The notes: generated from the letters alone by a model not told the origin. A DNA stretch of 64,000 nt from a virus (IMGVR_UViG_3300020205_002287:4225-68224); one strand, 5' to 3'. Counted from the stretch's first letter, positions 28,909 through 39,634 are shown. Translations and numbers: made by a program.

Positions 28909-30519
28909 TTAAACTCCTGGTCCTGTTGATAAAGCGAAGTCAATTTTCTTTAGCCCTAGAGCAGAAAGAACTTCTATATAGAATATTATATTTCCAACAG
29001 TGGTACTACTTACTTCTACGTTAAAAGAATAAGTAACTATAATTTTATCGCTCTTTAAAGATTCTAATAAAGATCTTACATCGTCTACGACTTTATCGTA
29101 TCCGAGTTGACCGATAGCCTTATATCCATATCCTCTAATCCTACTTACTAGAAGAGCTACAAGTCTCATTTGTGCCGCTTTATGCAAGGTGGATTCTGGA
29201 TGAGAGAGGGTATACTCATTGGTTAAATACACTTCAAATGGAACAGATCTTCTAGTCTTTTTGCCTCTATATATAGTATTGACCCCTATATCATCTAATC
29301 TTTGATATTCAGATTGAGATAAGTCTGCCCCATACAATGACATTGCTCCTGGTATTCTTGTTCTAATGAGACCCATATTCAGTGGTCTTGAGGCGAACAT
29401 TCCCGCTAGCGACGCAGCGATTGATGAAACATAGGAAGTTTTAATCTGATCATGCTGATAGACAGCTTCGCCATATACTGGGATAACAAATCTTCCATTA
29501 TCTGAAGAAATTTGACCAGTCATATTTATTGTAGTTAATTTATCAGTTAGGACAGAATTTGCTTCTAATAAATCAATATCTGAAGACGTAACACCACCAC
29601 TTCTTGATCCGATTACTCCAATTTGAACATAACCAGTAGTGTTGTGGAAATCAGCGCAATAATCAGCTAACTGGGTTACGAAATCAACTCCACCTGTTTT
29701 AATGATAGAAGTTTCTAATGGAACAATAATATCAATAAAATCTAAGTCTTGAATTATGGAATATGTTTCTTCTAATCTTTCGTAATATTTTTCATAAAAA
29801 GTATATTCACTCGGTGTGGCGGCGTTTCTGTCAAATAGAGTATTAGAAATATTTCTATCAGAATATTTATCTACATATTCAGACATGGGAGCTGTTGCAC
29901 AAATCATAATATCTCTAGCCCCCGCGGCGTATGCATCGAATACACCTCTTAGCAGAGGGCTAGAAAGATCTGCTCCAAGAAGATCAATCGCACTTTGCAT
30001 TGACCTAACATTAACGGGGTTATTAAATTCCATTCCATTTGCGTGGCCAATTAATAAAATTGTACTAGTATTATTTGAGTTTAACTGTTCATAACTTGGC
30101 TTATAGTTTACTACGGTACTTTTATTTGGAGAAATAACTATTGGACTTAAAGTCGATACTTCACCTTGAACTTGAAACTTTGCACTTATGTTTAAATTTC
30201 CGGTGGAGTTAGTTGTTTGCGCAATAACAGAATAAATTCCCTCGTATAATTTATCTGGAATTTTGTAATAAAAAGTAAATTCTTTGGAATTACTTTTTTG
30301 ACTAGAGGTATGCACACGGTGGTCGCCCTCTAAAGGATATTCTGGTTGCATTAAATAAGAATAAGGACCGTCAATTATTGGACCGCTACCATACTCTCCT
30401 CTAATGACAGAGAAATATATATCTAATGGTGTTGAATTATTAGTTGGGTCATATATATTTCCTTCTGAAATAAATATAAATTTAAATTGTACCGACTGAC
30501 CTCTGCTAACTATTAACAT
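28909..30519 (-). CDS. Second tail-sheath-like protein with an N-terminal Ig-like extension
   Basis: Start moved to ATG 30519 (MLIVSRG). The C-terminal ~380 aa parallels the sheath (ILLIGHA..AYAAGARDI..LDDIGVNTIYR..RLV..LGLKKIDF). Confidence 0.6.
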   Translation of the reverse strand: MLIVSRGQSVQFKFIFISEGNIYDPTNNSTPLDIYFSVIRGEYGSGPIIDGPYSYLMQPEYPLEGDHRVHTSSQKSNSKEFTFYYKIPDKLYEGIYSVIAQTTNSTGNLNISAKFQVQGEVSTLSPIVISPNKSTVVNYKPSYEQLNSNNTSTILLIGHANGMEFNNPVNVRSMQSAIDLLGADLSSPLLRGVFDAYAAGARDIMICATAPMSEYVDKYSDRNISNTLFDRNAATPSEYTFYEKYYERLEETYSIIQDLDFIDIIVPLETSIIKTGGVDFVTQLADYCADFHNTTGYVQIGVIGSRSGGVTSSDIDLLEANSVLTDKLTTINMTGQISSDNGRFVIPVYGEAVYQHDQIKTSYVSSIAASLAGMFASRPLNMGLIRTRIPGAMSLYGADLSQSEYQRLDDIGVNTIYRGKKTRRSVPFEVYLTNEYTLSHPESTLHKAAQMRLVALLVSRIRGYGYKAIGQLGYDKVVDDVRSLLESLKSDKIIVTYSFNVEVSSTTVGNIIFYIEVLSALGLKKIDFALSTGPGV

Positions 30520-30520
30520 A

Positions 30521-30892
30521 TTATTTCTCTCTAGTTGCGCCAACTATCCAATAGTTAATCTTACCATGTCTGCCTCTTACTGCAGTGATAGCATCAATCT
30601 TGAACATTGTATAGTTTTTTGTTGCTTTGGCGGAATAATTCTCATATATCCTATCACCCTCTTTGGGGTAAACGGTGTCTTCGAAATAATATACTGCATC
30701 ATATTTGGTCAAAAGACCTTCATCATATTCTTGTGTTGAATTAGAATTTGCAGCTCCTGATTGACCAACCTGCCTAGTTGTTACTAATTCAAATTGATTA
30801 TAATGATTTCCATTTGCAAGTATTCTTTGAATGTGAACATTATGCCCCCATTCTCTAAGAATCTTTTTGAATGTTTTTTTGACATCAATCAC
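30521..30892 (-). CDS. Probable head-closure / head-tail joining protein
   Basis: Likely GTG start at 30892 overlapping the upstream stop. YYFE..YPKEGDRIYE..FKID....RGRHGKI.YW pattern; neck-gene position. Confidence 0.55.
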   Translation of the reverse strand: MIDVKKTFKKILREWGHNVHIQRILANGNHYNQFELVTTRQVGQSGAANSNSTQEYDEGLLTKYDAVYYFEDTVYPKEGDRIYENYSAKATKNYTMFKIDAITAVRGRHGKINYWIVGATREK

Positions 30893-31787
30893 GGCTTCTA
30901 AAACCTCTATTGGGCATAGGGTCATGGCTTGCTGGGACAGTTCTTACTGGACCGTATAATTCTCTATCCGTAAGATAAGCCACTTTTCCGCCATCTACTT
31001 GTGGCATTTTGCCACCAGAATAAACTGGACCCATAGTTGGTAGGCCTTTCATCTGAAATCCCCTTGGACTAACTTTATTCGATAGCATTTCTTTTCTAAG
31101 CGCTGTGGCAATCTGACACCATGTAGTAGCATTGTCTCTTGTGACTTTATTTCTTGGTATAGATTTATTTGTAAGACTAAAATCCCCAAGGCTTATAGAT
31201 ATCTCGTCATCACTGCCGTAGCCATAAGTTCTACTTAGCTCACATGCTGTAGCAGCTTTAATGTATTCATATACAATAAATGAAAGATCACTACCGTCGT
31301 CGGTCTCTACCAGACTGTAGATACCTTTAACCTCATTAGAGAAGTTGTGGGCAATTTCGCCTATTTCTAACATCGTTGCGTCAGGAAAATAAGAGAGTAA
31401 TTGCTCAGGGTCAATATAAAGAGGGAGTACATCTGGTGCAAAAGTGATTGTTTCATCATTTTTGAGAGTTATTGTTGGCTGATATTCTTCTACTGTGGAA
31501 CTAACGTATAATCTTTGTTCTATAACTACAGTATTAGAATTAGCTAATATACCAGTAAACTTAACCGTATATGTATCGGCTATAGTTGGAGTATAATCAA
31601 AGTAAAATATTGAACTAGATATTTGACTAGAAGTATCCGTGACCACAGTCGCATTGGAAGAGTTTTTTATTATTACTTGTGGGTTGGCTACAGGAGATAA
31701 TGCTACTTCATTTCCATTGGCGTCAATATCTTTAAATTTTACAGTTATTCTAACTGTGTCACTGACTACAACTCTATCTGTTGACAT
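30885..31787 (-). CDS. Probable neck / head-tail adaptor protein with N-terminal Ig-like domain
   Basis: Beta-rich N-terminus followed by a helical connector-like region (YIDPEQL..EYIKAATACEL..SISLGDFSL); AGAGG SD; neck position. Confidence 0.55.
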   Translation of the reverse strand: MSTDRVVVSDTVRITVKFKDIDANGNEVALSPVANPQVIIKNSSNATVVTDTSSQISSSIFYFDYTPTIADTYTVKFTGILANSNTVVIEQRLYVSSTVEEYQPTITLKNDETITFAPDVLPLYIDPEQLLSYFPDATMLEIGEIAHNFSNEVKGIYSLVETDDGSDLSFIVYEYIKAATACELSRTYGYGSDDEISISLGDFSLTNKSIPRNKVTRDNATTWCQIATALRKEMLSNKVSPRGFQMKGLPTMGPVYSGGKMPQVDGGKVAYLTDRELYGPVRTVPASHDPMPNRGFRSRD

Positions 31788-31802
31788 TTTTTACCTCTTA
31801 GT

Positions 31803-32255
31803 TTATGCGTTAGATATGATAGTAACGTTAATTGTTCCAGCTGAGTTGTCCTCTAGAATAATACTTTCTGCACTGGAAATAGCATAAGCTTCATTCTTAT
31901 CTATTGATATTGCTATATATCCAGAGCTATATATTTCTTCGCTATCCAGACTTGAAATAGCAAAGGCGTCTGCGTTTATTATATCTATCTCCGAAGATCC
32001 GTAACCGTCAAACATGGCGAATGTCATCGAGGATGAAGTTTCTGTATTTTCTAGTATTCCACTTGGGGTAAGAACAGAATGACTATCAACAAAAACTAAT
32101 GTGCTATTTACAGACGGTGGTGATATAACAATAACACCTAATACTTTTAGGCCACCAAAATTAGTAGTTATTCCAAAAGACTGAGGAGAAACTACATACA
32201 CACCACTGTAGTTGAAATGAGCTTGATTATAGGCTATATCTCCATTGTAGAGCAT
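31803..32255 (-). CDS. Hypothetical virion protein (150 aa, acidic, beta-rich)
   Basis: AAAGGA SD; fills the gap between fibre and neck genes. Confidence 0.7.
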   Translation of the reverse strand: MLYNGDIAYNQAHFNYSGVYVVSPQSFGITTNFGGLKVLGVIVISPPSVNSTLVFVDSHSVLTPSGILENTETSSSMTFAMFDGYGSSEIDIINADAFAISSLDSEEIYSSGYIAISIDKNEAYAISSAESIILEDNSAGTINVTIISNA

Positions 32256-32268
32256 CTAAATCCTTTTA

Positions 32269-34401
32269 TTAGAATGTTCCACAATCGAATGTTATACCAT
32301 CTATAGAACCACCGGTAATCGAAACGTTGCTAGAAGCTTGCGTGGCCATTGATCCCAGTCCAAGAGTGGTGCGCGATGCAGCAGCATCTACGTCATCAAC
32401 CAATGATCTACCGAATGAAGAAAAATCTGCAAGAGCTGCAGCCCCAGAACCAGTGAAGTATGGAAGCTTATCTGCTGCTGACGTTAGTCCGGCAAGAGCA
32501 GCGAGTTCTGCGTCATAGGCTTGAACATCTGAGCCGATGGCTAGACCAAGGCTTGTGCGGGCGCCTGATGCGCTAGTTGCTCCAGTTCCGCCATTAGCTA
32601 AGGCGATTGTGCTGCCATTCCAGGTTCCAGCTACAATAGTTCCAACGGTCACTATACTGTCGTCGCCAGAATAGGTTCCACCAGCCACTGCAGCGAGTGT
32701 AGCGTTGTATGCCTGAACATCAGTGCCAATAGCTAGGCCAAGAGCAGTTCTAGCTGCTCCAGCATCTGTAGCTCCAGTTCCACCATTAGCTATTGCTATA
32801 GCTGTACCATTCCAGACACCAGTTGCAATCGTTCCAACCGAAGTAAGGCTTGAGGCAGTTACTCCTGAGCCAAGAGTAGATCCACTAAGAACATCGGTCC
32901 CATTAATCTTAAAAGTCTTGCCAGTTAGAAGATTAAGATTTTCCGATGAGGTCCATGCGTCGGTTGCATCAATCCAGTTAAAGGTCTTGTCTGTATCGCC
33001 CTTGAGCGTAAGACCTCCACCATCAGCACCTGCGTCTGTTGGAGAGGCGCTTGAACCAAGCTCAATGTTCTTATCGTCAACAGTTACAGTAGTTGAGTTA
33101 ATTGTAGTTGTTGTGCCATTGACTGTTAAATCACCTGAAAGTACAAGGGATGTACCAGTGGCAGCGCCAATATTTGGTGTGACAAGTGTTGGAGTATTAG
33201 CAAACACAAGTGCGCCAGAACCAGTTTCGTCTGAAATGACTGAAATAAGTTCTGCTGAAGAAGTAGATGCAAAAGCTGAAAGCTTATTGGCAGTAAGAGC
33301 TACTGTACCAGTTGCATCTGGAAGGGTGATTGTGCGATCTCCGGTTGGATCACCAGCAGATAACGTAGTTTCAAACGCATCATCTGTGGTTCCTTCAAAG
33401 ATTATTGTTCCAGCTGCATTCAGGTTAAGCCCATTAAATGATGGACTAGCAGAAGTTGCAACGCTCTGACCAATTGCAATAGTCGGAGTTCCGCCTTCTG
33501 TTGCTGTGTCATTTGAAAGCGTGACACCAGTGCCAGCGACAAGTGATGTTACATAGTTTCCACTGGTATTAGTTCCAAGCGCAATTTCTATAGTTGTTGA
33601 ACTTGCTGCAGTCAAACGACCTTGGGCATCAACTGTGAAAGTTCCGACCGATGAAGCAGAACCATATGAAGCGGGTGTAACTGCAGTGTTGTCAAGATTT
33701 AAGGTAAGTGTGTCAGTTGCCGAGGCCACCGATGTTAGGCCTGTGCCACCAACTATAGTGAAGGTATCTCCACCGGAAATTGTTAAATCGGCACCGCTGT
33801 CTGCATCTACTGTAAATGAAGTAGAAATAGAGGCTGTTCCTGCTGCGGTCAAACGACCTTGAGCATCGACTGTAAAAGTTGGAATTGCGCTAGCTGAACC
33901 ATAAGATCCTGCGGATACTGCAGTGTTATCTAAGTTCAATGTAATGGTATTAGTTGCGCTAGCCACAGAGGATAGGCCTACTCCACCAGATATAGTTACT
34001 GTCTCTTCGTCATCAATTGTCTGACTAGTTCCAGTGTCTCCGGCAAGCGCGAAAGTGTATGTAGCTGCAGTTACAGCGCCATCTACATATGCTGTAGTCA
34101 CTACCGATGTTGAGTTGTTACCAGCTGTTTTTGTTGTTGCAGTTGCAGAACCACCAAGAGCTAATGTACCGGAAAATGTTTTATTTCCAGTAATAGTTTG
34201 AGTGCCCGACAAGCCTACGTAGGCGCCAGAGCCAGCAATGGCTTGAACTGTAGTTGCAGTTCCGCCTGCTCCACCCGTTCCCTTGCCATAATAAAGGACG
34301 TCATCAGCTTCATTGTATGCCAGCTCTGCATTTTCTAGACTTGTGGGTGCGCCAGCGGCTCCGCCAGAAGCTCTTCTTTTGATTCTGATTGTATTAGCCA
34401 T
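32269..34401 (-). CDS. Head/neck fibre protein with internal repeats (710 aa)
   Basis: N-terminus IRIKR..AP.SL..AELAYNE....LYYG typical of phage fibre anchors. Gly/Ala/Thr/Ser-rich, with two ~80-aa repeats ending [12 protein letters not shown] and two ~60-aa repeats containing GGTGAT...AR..LGLAIG.DVQAY; ends DCGTF. Confidence 0.75.
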   Translation of the reverse strand: MANTIRIKRRASGGAAGAPTSLENAELAYNEADDVLYYGKGTGGAGGTATTVQAIAGSGAYVGLSGTQTITGNKTFSGTLALGGSATATTKTAGNNSTSVVTTAYVDGAVTAATYTFALAGDTGTSQTIDDEETVTISGGVGLSSVASATNTITLNLDNTAVSAGSYGSASAIPTFTVDAQGRLTAAGTASISTSFTVDADSGADLTISGGDTFTIVGGTGLTSVASATDTLTLNLDNTAVTPASYGSASSVGTFTVDAQGRLTAASSTTIEIALGTNTSGNYVTSLVAGTGVTLSNDTATEGGTPTIAIGQSVATSASPSFNGLNLNAAGTIIFEGTTDDAFETTLSAGDPTGDRTITLPDATGTVALTANKLSAFASTSSAELISVISDETGSGALVFANTPTLVTPNIGAATGTSLVLSGDLTVNGTTTTINSTTVTVDDKNIELGSSASPTDAGADGGGLTLKGDTDKTFNWIDATDAWTSSENLNLLTGKTFKINGTDVLSGSTLGSGVTASSLTSVGTIATGVWNGTAIAIANGGTGATDAGAARTALGLAIGTDVQAYNATLAAVAGGTYSGDDSIVTVGTIVAGTWNGSTIALANGGTGATSASGARTSLGLAIGSDVQAYDAELAALAGLTSAADKLPYFTGSGAAALADFSSFGRSLVDDVDAAASRTTLGLGSMATQASSNVSITGGSIDGITFDCGTF

Positions 34402-34403
34402 GA

Positions 34404-34742
34404 TTAGAAATTTCCTCCATCAGTCAGGTTTGATTCAGCGTGATTCACCCAGGCTGAACCGTTATAACGTAAAATATTACCTGAGTTCACCGTTGTAATA
34501 GTAACGTCAGTCAATCCATTTAAAACTGATTGCGTAGTAATTGCAGTTTCTGCAGATATTATTCTATCTTTAACTGTTAAATGACCTCCCGCTGGATTTA
34601 ATCCAATAACCGTTTGCATGGCTTCAATGGCGTCATTCGCGTTAGCATGTTGTTGATGGTGAGGTACTGTTGCTGAATTGAGTGGGTCAGACGATGTCGG
34701 ATTGATCAATACGTCTAACGCTGCGGGATACTGGGTGCTCAT
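34404..34742 (-). CDS. Small virion/fibre-associated protein (112 aa)
   Basis: YP..LD...[18 protein letters not shown] and L..LTDV.I.....[12 protein letters not shown] fibre-type motifs; ends DGGNF. Confidence 0.65.
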   Translation of the reverse strand: MSTQYPAALDVLINPTSSDPLNSATVPHHQQHANANDAIEAMQTVIGLNPAGGHLTVKDRIISAETAITTQSVLNGLTDVTITTVNSGNILRYNGSAWVNHAESNLTDGGNF

Positions 34743-34751
34743 AAAAATCCT

Positions 34752-35162
34752 TTATAAACTAAATATTTTATATTGTTCGTTACTCCAACTAATTGTAATG
34801 GAGATAGGACTAGCAGTAGCAGCTATTGGCAAACCTGTAGCTGTATCTATATAGGCTAAAAGCCTTGATGTAGATCTAACTCCAGTATCCTTATACAAAA
34901 CCAGATAGGCAAAACCGCTAGTCCCGTAATCTTCTATTGTAATATTATCAGCGTCAAAGACACCAGAAGCTGTTGTTTTTCCGGCTAGTAAACTAGTAGT
35001 TGCTGCGACTGAATCTTCACTAATGCTTGACAAGAATTCATGTGTACTTAAATTTACTGTATAAGTATTTTTTACTAGTGCAATTTTTATATTATTGTCA
35101 GTCAAATCAAATAGGCCTTCTAATAAGCCTTCTTTGCCTTTCGCATATAATGAATTAGCCAT
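34752..35162 (-). CDS. Small virion structural protein (136 aa)
   Basis: MANSLY..GKE..L...DL....IK.ALV..GVFDAD..LLAYID...GLP..ITI.W....IFSL, a pattern seen in phage virion proteins; start overlaps the upstream stop. Confidence 0.65.
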   Translation of the reverse strand: MANSLYAKGKEGLLEGLFDLTDNNIKIALVKNTYTVNLSTHEFLSSISEDSVAATTSLLAGKTTASGVFDADNITIEDYGTSGFAYLVLYKDTGVRSTSRLLAYIDTATGLPIAATASPISITISWSNEQYKIFSL

Positions 35163-35935
35163 TATATGCCGACTTCCGAAGAGACAATAACTCTATATTT
35201 ATATCCAGTCTCGAAATAAGTCTTGCTATCTGTATAATAAACCGGAGTTGCGTCGGTAGAAGGAAAGTCTATATAAACATCTGGTTTCCACGAATGCATC
35301 GAGACTTGAGCAGGAAGCGTTTCCCACCTGGTTGGCGTTTTTTGTATCTTTTTACGTTGTGCTTTAAAATACTTACTGGTTAAAAAGTTTGATGCTGGAC
35401 GAGAACTAAATGAGATAATAGTTCTTCCATTATTCTCATCATTTCCTATATAAAAATCTCCATTATTTGGACTAACAGATTCTATATAGAAATTAGGATT
35501 TTTAGCTAATATTTGATAACCAGTTTCAATATCTGTTCTAATAGATTTATCTTCTACTAAAACTTCATTTAAAACAGTAGCTTTACTTTCCTGTAGGGTT
35601 GACGGAGTTGCAGACTGTGTTTGACTCGTGAAACTGATTCTTTCTTCAGGAACAGTCATACCCGAGGAATCTAATAAGTTTTGAACGCGGACAACATAGT
35701 TTACATTAGGGGATAGAATAACATCCCAATATAAAGTTAAAGTTCTACTAATCTGATTATAATCAGTAATAGTATTGATAACCCTAAATGGCGAACTTAC
35801 CTGAACAGGTGTAGCTGCGTCAGTATATACTAAAAAATTTGCATCAACTAAAGATGCTATTTTAATAGTCCTACCGAATTTAATATTAACAGTATTAACG
35901 CTTACTGTAGCGTTATCAATAAGATATAAGGCCAC
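35162..35935 (-). CDS. Ig-like-domain capsid decoration/accessory protein (257 aa)
   Basis: Two beta-sandwich-like segments (I.F...I..ASL...NF..RTLTL..L.PN..Y.V.V; IESVSP.NG..I.FS..F.TG.KY.V.VS); directly downstream of the major capsid gene; GGAG SD. Confidence 0.6.
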   Translation of the reverse strand: MALYLIDNATVSVNTVNIKFGRTIKIASLVDANFLVYTDAATPVQVSSPFRVINTITDYNQISRTLTLYWDVILSPNVNYVVRVQNLLDSSGMTVPEERISFTSQTQSATPSTLQESKATVLNEVLVEDKSIRTDIETGYQILAKNPNFYIESVSPNNGDFYIGNDENNGRTIISFSSRPASNFLTSKYFKAQRKKIQKTPTRWETLPAQVSMHSWKPDVYIDFPSTDATPVYYTDSKTYFETGYKYRVIVSSEVGI

Positions 35936-35966
35936 TCAACACACTCCAAATTCAAAACCTATTGTA

Positions 35967-35973
35967 ATAGTAA
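35967..35973 (-). promoter_or_regulatory. TTACTAT putative late-promoter core downstream of the capsid terminator
   Basis: Minus strand TTACTATT about 30 nt upstream of the start at 35935, just after the terminator U-tract. Confidence 0.45.
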
Positions 35974-35985
35974 TAAATCAATTCA

Positions 35986-36025
35986 ATAAAAAGCAGAGGG
36001 GGCAGTAGATTTCTCCACCGCCCCC
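35986..36025 (-). terminator. Intrinsic terminator downstream of the major capsid gene
   Basis: Minus strand GGGGGCGGTGGA-GAAA-TCTACTGCCCCC hairpin (with G-U pairs) followed by TCTGCTTTTTATT. Confidence 0.8.
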
Positions 36026-36069
36026 AAGCTTCAGGGTAATTTGTAACTATAACGACCCTAAGGTTTCTA

Positions 36070-37128
36070 TCAGGCTGTTTCGTTAGTAACCATGACTTCG
36101 TAGTTACGGCTGAGTCTGACGTTCTTAGCAACAGTAATACCTTCACCGTCACCCAACATTACGATGTCGTAACGCTCTTTCATCTTGAGCTGGCGAATAT
36201 CCCGGCCCGGATCGTCGAACTGATCGGTGCTCATCTCGTCTTTAACGAGAAGTGTTCCGACTTCATTGCGATCAATGAGGAAGAGGTCTGACTTAGCTGC
36301 TGTTGCACCACTCTTAGCTGTGAAGCTAACGAAAGGAGAAACAATAACGTTCAGTCCCATAGGGGCAGTCTGATTCAATGCGCCGTCTGCAGACTGGGGA
36401 CGATAGCCCCAGCTTGTTCCAACGCCAGATGCTGCGCCACCTTGATGGAAGATGGCATCCTTGAGGAAGATCGACCACATGAGGGGGTGTAGAATAAAGT
36501 CTGTCGGAATATGGTTTTCAGCCATGAGAACGGCAGCCATGTCGATGATATCATCCCACTTGATTGTCTTATTGGCAGTGCCAGTAATATCAAGACCGGT
36601 TGTGTCGTCATAGCCAGCGTCGTCGTTGTCAAAAACGATTGTAGCTGCATCTTTGAATCGGCTCAGAGCAATTTGCTCCTTAAGGCGAGCCATAGCACGG
36701 CCAGCTGCGCGAACATGTAGACCAACAATGTCCCAAAGTGAATCAGCGATCACTTCTTCTGTGAAAGAAAGCTTAACGCCCTTCTTTGAGACCTTGCCCT
36801 CTACCTGCTTTGCGAAAGCGAGTGCTTGTTCTGGATACTCTTGTCCTTCTGGGATCTCAGCAGCTTGAATAGCATTGACGGCCGGGAATTCCAAAGAACG
36901 TCCCTTGCCGAGACGAACAGTGGAAAGCAATGGAGTCACTAAAAGCTGTGGCTCTGCTGCTTCTCTGAGCGTACGTGAGAGAACTTTCGGGAAAAGTGCT
37001 GCTGCGTCTGACGATGCAAAAGCTTCCTTAATTGTTACTCTATTGTCTGCGTCGATATACCCGTCCTCGGTCATTGCTGTCTCCCAAGCTGGGAGACCCG
37101 AGAGGAGCTCTTGGATTGTCTTAGTCAT
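36070..37128 (-). CDS. Major capsid protein (HK97 fold)
   Basis: 352 aa after protease and cement genes. AAEIPEGQEYPE..KKGVKLSFTEEVIADS.WD..AGRAMARLKEQ..PTDFILHP..GLNVIVSPFV..KMKERYD; GGAGG SD; followed by a terminator. Confidence 0.9.
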   Translation of the reverse strand: MTKTIQELLSGLPAWETAMTEDGYIDADNRVTIKEAFASSDAAALFPKVLSRTLREAAEPQLLVTPLLSTVRLGKGRSLEFPAVNAIQAAEIPEGQEYPEQALAFAKQVEGKVSKKGVKLSFTEEVIADSLWDIVGLHVRAAGRAMARLKEQIALSRFKDAATIVFDNDDAGYDDTTGLDITGTANKTIKWDDIIDMAAVLMAENHIPTDFILHPLMWSIFLKDAIFHQGGAASGVGTSWGYRPQSADGALNQTAPMGLNVIVSPFVSFTAKSGATAAKSDLFLIDRNEVGTLLVKDEMSTDQFDDPGRDIRQLKMKERYDIVMLGDGEGITVAKNVRLSRNYEVMVTNETA

Positions 37129-37166
37129 CTTAGGAATATTCCTCCTGTGTAATTGTTTCTTATTTA

Positions 37167-37943
37167 TTAAAGTGTCAGGTTGACGCGGAATGCACCAATG
37201 ACATTAGTTACATCTAGATTCGAACGAATACCGAGCTTACCATTATTAGGACCAGCCTTGGTAAGTTCATAAACGGTCTTCAACGCACCCGGATCTGATG
37301 GGAGTTGCATGTAGCTCAAGAGGCCGTCATCAAAGTTTGTAGCAAACTTTTCGACTTCGACAACTTTACCTACCTGCAAATAGCTGTATACGGCACTGCT
37401 GTCGTAAAAATCGCCAGCTGCAGCCAATACTGGACGTCCCATTACGTCGGAACGAACTACTGAACCAACTGTCACGTTATTATTAATACCGTTGACCATT
37501 GGATACTCTACATAGCCATGTGTGATAAATCCTGCACCTTGTGAGGTACCTTTATCGAAGGGTCTGTAAAGATCATATTGTGCGCAACCGATAGGAATCG
37601 AACGAGCAGGCACAGTAACTGTGTCAGTTGCTCCGGACGAGTAAGCGGGTGTTGCACCAGCTGTGGGGTCCCACGCTGTGTTGCTCATGTCGTCGCCCCA
37701 GGCCTTGCTTGAGGACGTACCGTTAGCGGGAACGATGCGGGCATCGCCGTTTGAATCGGCTATAACTGAAAGAATAGTTCCCTTAGGAATAACAATTTCA
37801 AAACGATCATCTTCACTGTCATAGTACCAGGTAGGAAGACCGGGGTGTGGCAACAGGTATGCTGCGGGGGCTATGCCCTCGGAAACAACGAAGCGACCAG
37901 AACCGGTCTTACTATGTACTTTGCGAAATTTTGCTAAACTCAT
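37167..37943 (-). CDS. Capsid cement/decoration (minor capsid) protein
   Basis: Between scaffold/protease and major capsid genes; VIPKGTILS..IVPANG..PIGCAQYD..G.VV pattern; AAGGAG SD. Confidence 0.6.
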   Translation of the reverse strand: MSLAKFRKVHSKTGSGRFVVSEGIAPAAYLLPHPGLPTWYYDSEDDRFEIVIPKGTILSVIADSNGDARIVPANGTSSSKAWGDDMSNTAWDPTAGATPAYSSGATDTVTVPARSIPIGCAQYDLYRPFDKGTSQGAGFITHGYVEYPMVNGINNNVTVGSVVRSDVMGRPVLAAAGDFYDSSAVYSYLQVGKVVEVEKFATNFDDGLLSYMQLPSDPGALKTVYELTKAGPNNGKLGIRSNLDVTNVIGAFRVNLTL

Positions 37944-37960
37944 TTTTTATCTCCTTAGTG

Positions 37961-39601
37961 TTAAAGTTTACGTCTACCCATAAGGGCATCAACTAGAATT
38001 TGTTCAAAAGACTCTTTGGGATCCGAAACCTTGATGGGCTCGTCTTCCATGTCTATAGTAAGCACATTTTCTTCTTTTACCGAAACTTCGGCTTCTGAAG
38101 CAATTGTGGGCATATTCAACATCTCGCCAATTCTTTTACCAAACTTACTTGGTGTCTTAGCAAGATCTCTCAGGCTATCGGCCAAAGAAGATGCTGTTCT
38201 TGTGGCATACTCTTCAATTAGTTTTTCACGATCATCTGATAGTTCAAAACCAAGTCCGATCCTAGTATCGACAACTCTTTCAATTAGTGTTCTATGTAAT
38301 GCACTCTTGAGTTTTTTATTTTCTTCTTCAAGGAATTGAATTCTAGCTTTTGCATTTGCATCCTGCTCAGAGACTACGTTTACGTCAGTGAGGTCTGCTC
38401 CTGTTGTTTCTTTCCCTTGATCTTCTTCGGCCTCAGATGAATTAGCTGAATCAACTTCTTGATTACCTATTTCTTCTGCTTCTTCAGGCAAAGCCTTAGA
38501 TCCATTTTCTTTTGACTCAGCTTCTTCAGAAGGCACTGTTTCCACAGTGCTCTCAGAATCTGCCTCAGTAACAACGACTTCTGATTCAACGGTCTCTTCT
38601 GATACAACTGTCTCTTCTAGTTCAACCGTCTCTTCTGAAACTTCTGATTCCTTAGCTACTGACATTGTAGAAAGATCGTCACTTAATTCTTGAACTGCAG
38701 CGAGGATGTCGTCGCCGTTAGTGTCTTGATCCATATTGGAATTCTCCTGACAATTATCGATATTTTCATTCTCATCAGATAGTAATGAACTATCATTGTA
38801 TTTGTAATTTTCGTTCTCCTGTATGGACAGAGCTGTAAGAAATGCTCCTTTTAATTGGAGGTAAATCGGCTTGGATTCCTTTTTCTTCATTTCTGAAAAA
38901 ATTGATTTATTCTCTGCAATGGAGAAAATATCTTCATTATCCATACTGAGTACAAATGCATTGCTCCGCGCAACCCAACCCTCTGAACTAGGAACTTCAC
39001 TTTGACCGTCAACAGGCTTTAGTGCCCTAACACCAGACTTTTGATCTGCTGGTTGATTGACAAATGAATACTCTTTAAAACTAATATCTTTCATTTCTAC
39101 GTAGGCTAGTTTGCCCTTGTATACTTTGCCTCTTTTGTACTTTGCGGGCTTCGGTCTACCAGATGCATCTTCTGCAGCTAGATCGTCGCCAGAGACGCTA
39201 CAGACTGCTTTACCAGCCCTTCCACCAACTGAACCAGTCAAGTATCTCTTATCGAGAACTTTTTGTGCGGCGACAGGATCGGTGATTGCTATCTGCAGGC
39301 GAACAAACGAAGAACCATCTTCTTCTTTATCCATCTTAGCAGCCATGACCCTGCCAATAGCTTCTGTATTTAAATCATGATTAAGAATGATTGGCTTCGG
39401 GTATGGATCCACCCATGATTGGAGTGCCTTTTCTAATTCTTCTGCAGAATAATTATTATAGTTAGAAGTAAGCCCTTCATGAATGGCAGCGACTTCTATT
39501 ATCAAACCGTTCTTCGAATTAAAGGACTCTGAAAAATTGATATCCGACTTAGAGAAGTCAGGTAATTGTAATATAAAATTTTCTGTAAAGTCAAATGACA
39601 T
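37961..39601 (-). CDS. Prohead protease fused to an acidic scaffold domain
   Basis: AIHEG..N...Y..EEL..W..PYPKPIILNHD...AIGRV..YLTGSVGG..EYSFVNQPAD protease-type N-terminus, then a long Glu-rich region and coiled coil. Start probably ATG 39601 (MSFDF). Confidence 0.8.
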   Translation of the reverse strand: MSFDFTENFILQLPDFSKSDINFSESFNSKNGLIIEVAAIHEGLTSNYNNYSAEELEKALQSWVDPYPKPIILNHDLNTEAIGRVMAAKMDKEEDGSSFVRLQIAITDPVAAQKVLDKRYLTGSVGGRAGKAVCSVSGDDLAAEDASGRPKPAKYKRGKVYKGKLAYVEMKDISFKEYSFVNQPADQKSGVRALKPVDGQSEVPSSEGWVARSNAFVLSMDNEDIFSIAENKSIFSEMKKKESKPIYLQLKGAFLTALSIQENENYKYNDSSLLSDENENIDNCQENSNMDQDTNGDDILAAVQELSDDLSTMSVAKESEVSEETVELEETVVSEETVESEVVVTEADSESTVETVPSEEAESKENGSKALPEEAEEIGNQEVDSANSSEAEEDQGKETTGADLTDVNVVSEQDANAKARIQFLEEENKKLKSALHRTLIERVVDTRIGLGFELSDDREKLIEEYATRTASSLADSLRDLAKTPSKFGKRIGEMLNMPTIASEAEVSVKEENVLTIDMEDEPIKVSDPKESFEQILVDALMGRRKL

Positions 39602-39634
39602 GTAAATCACCCATTTATGTATAATTCTTTTTTA

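Noticed and set aside
25900-36072. Tube and major capsid genes are both followed by stop-TAG-AAAC before their terminators
   Set aside because: Two instances of a short match; tandem stops after highly expressed genes explain most of it.
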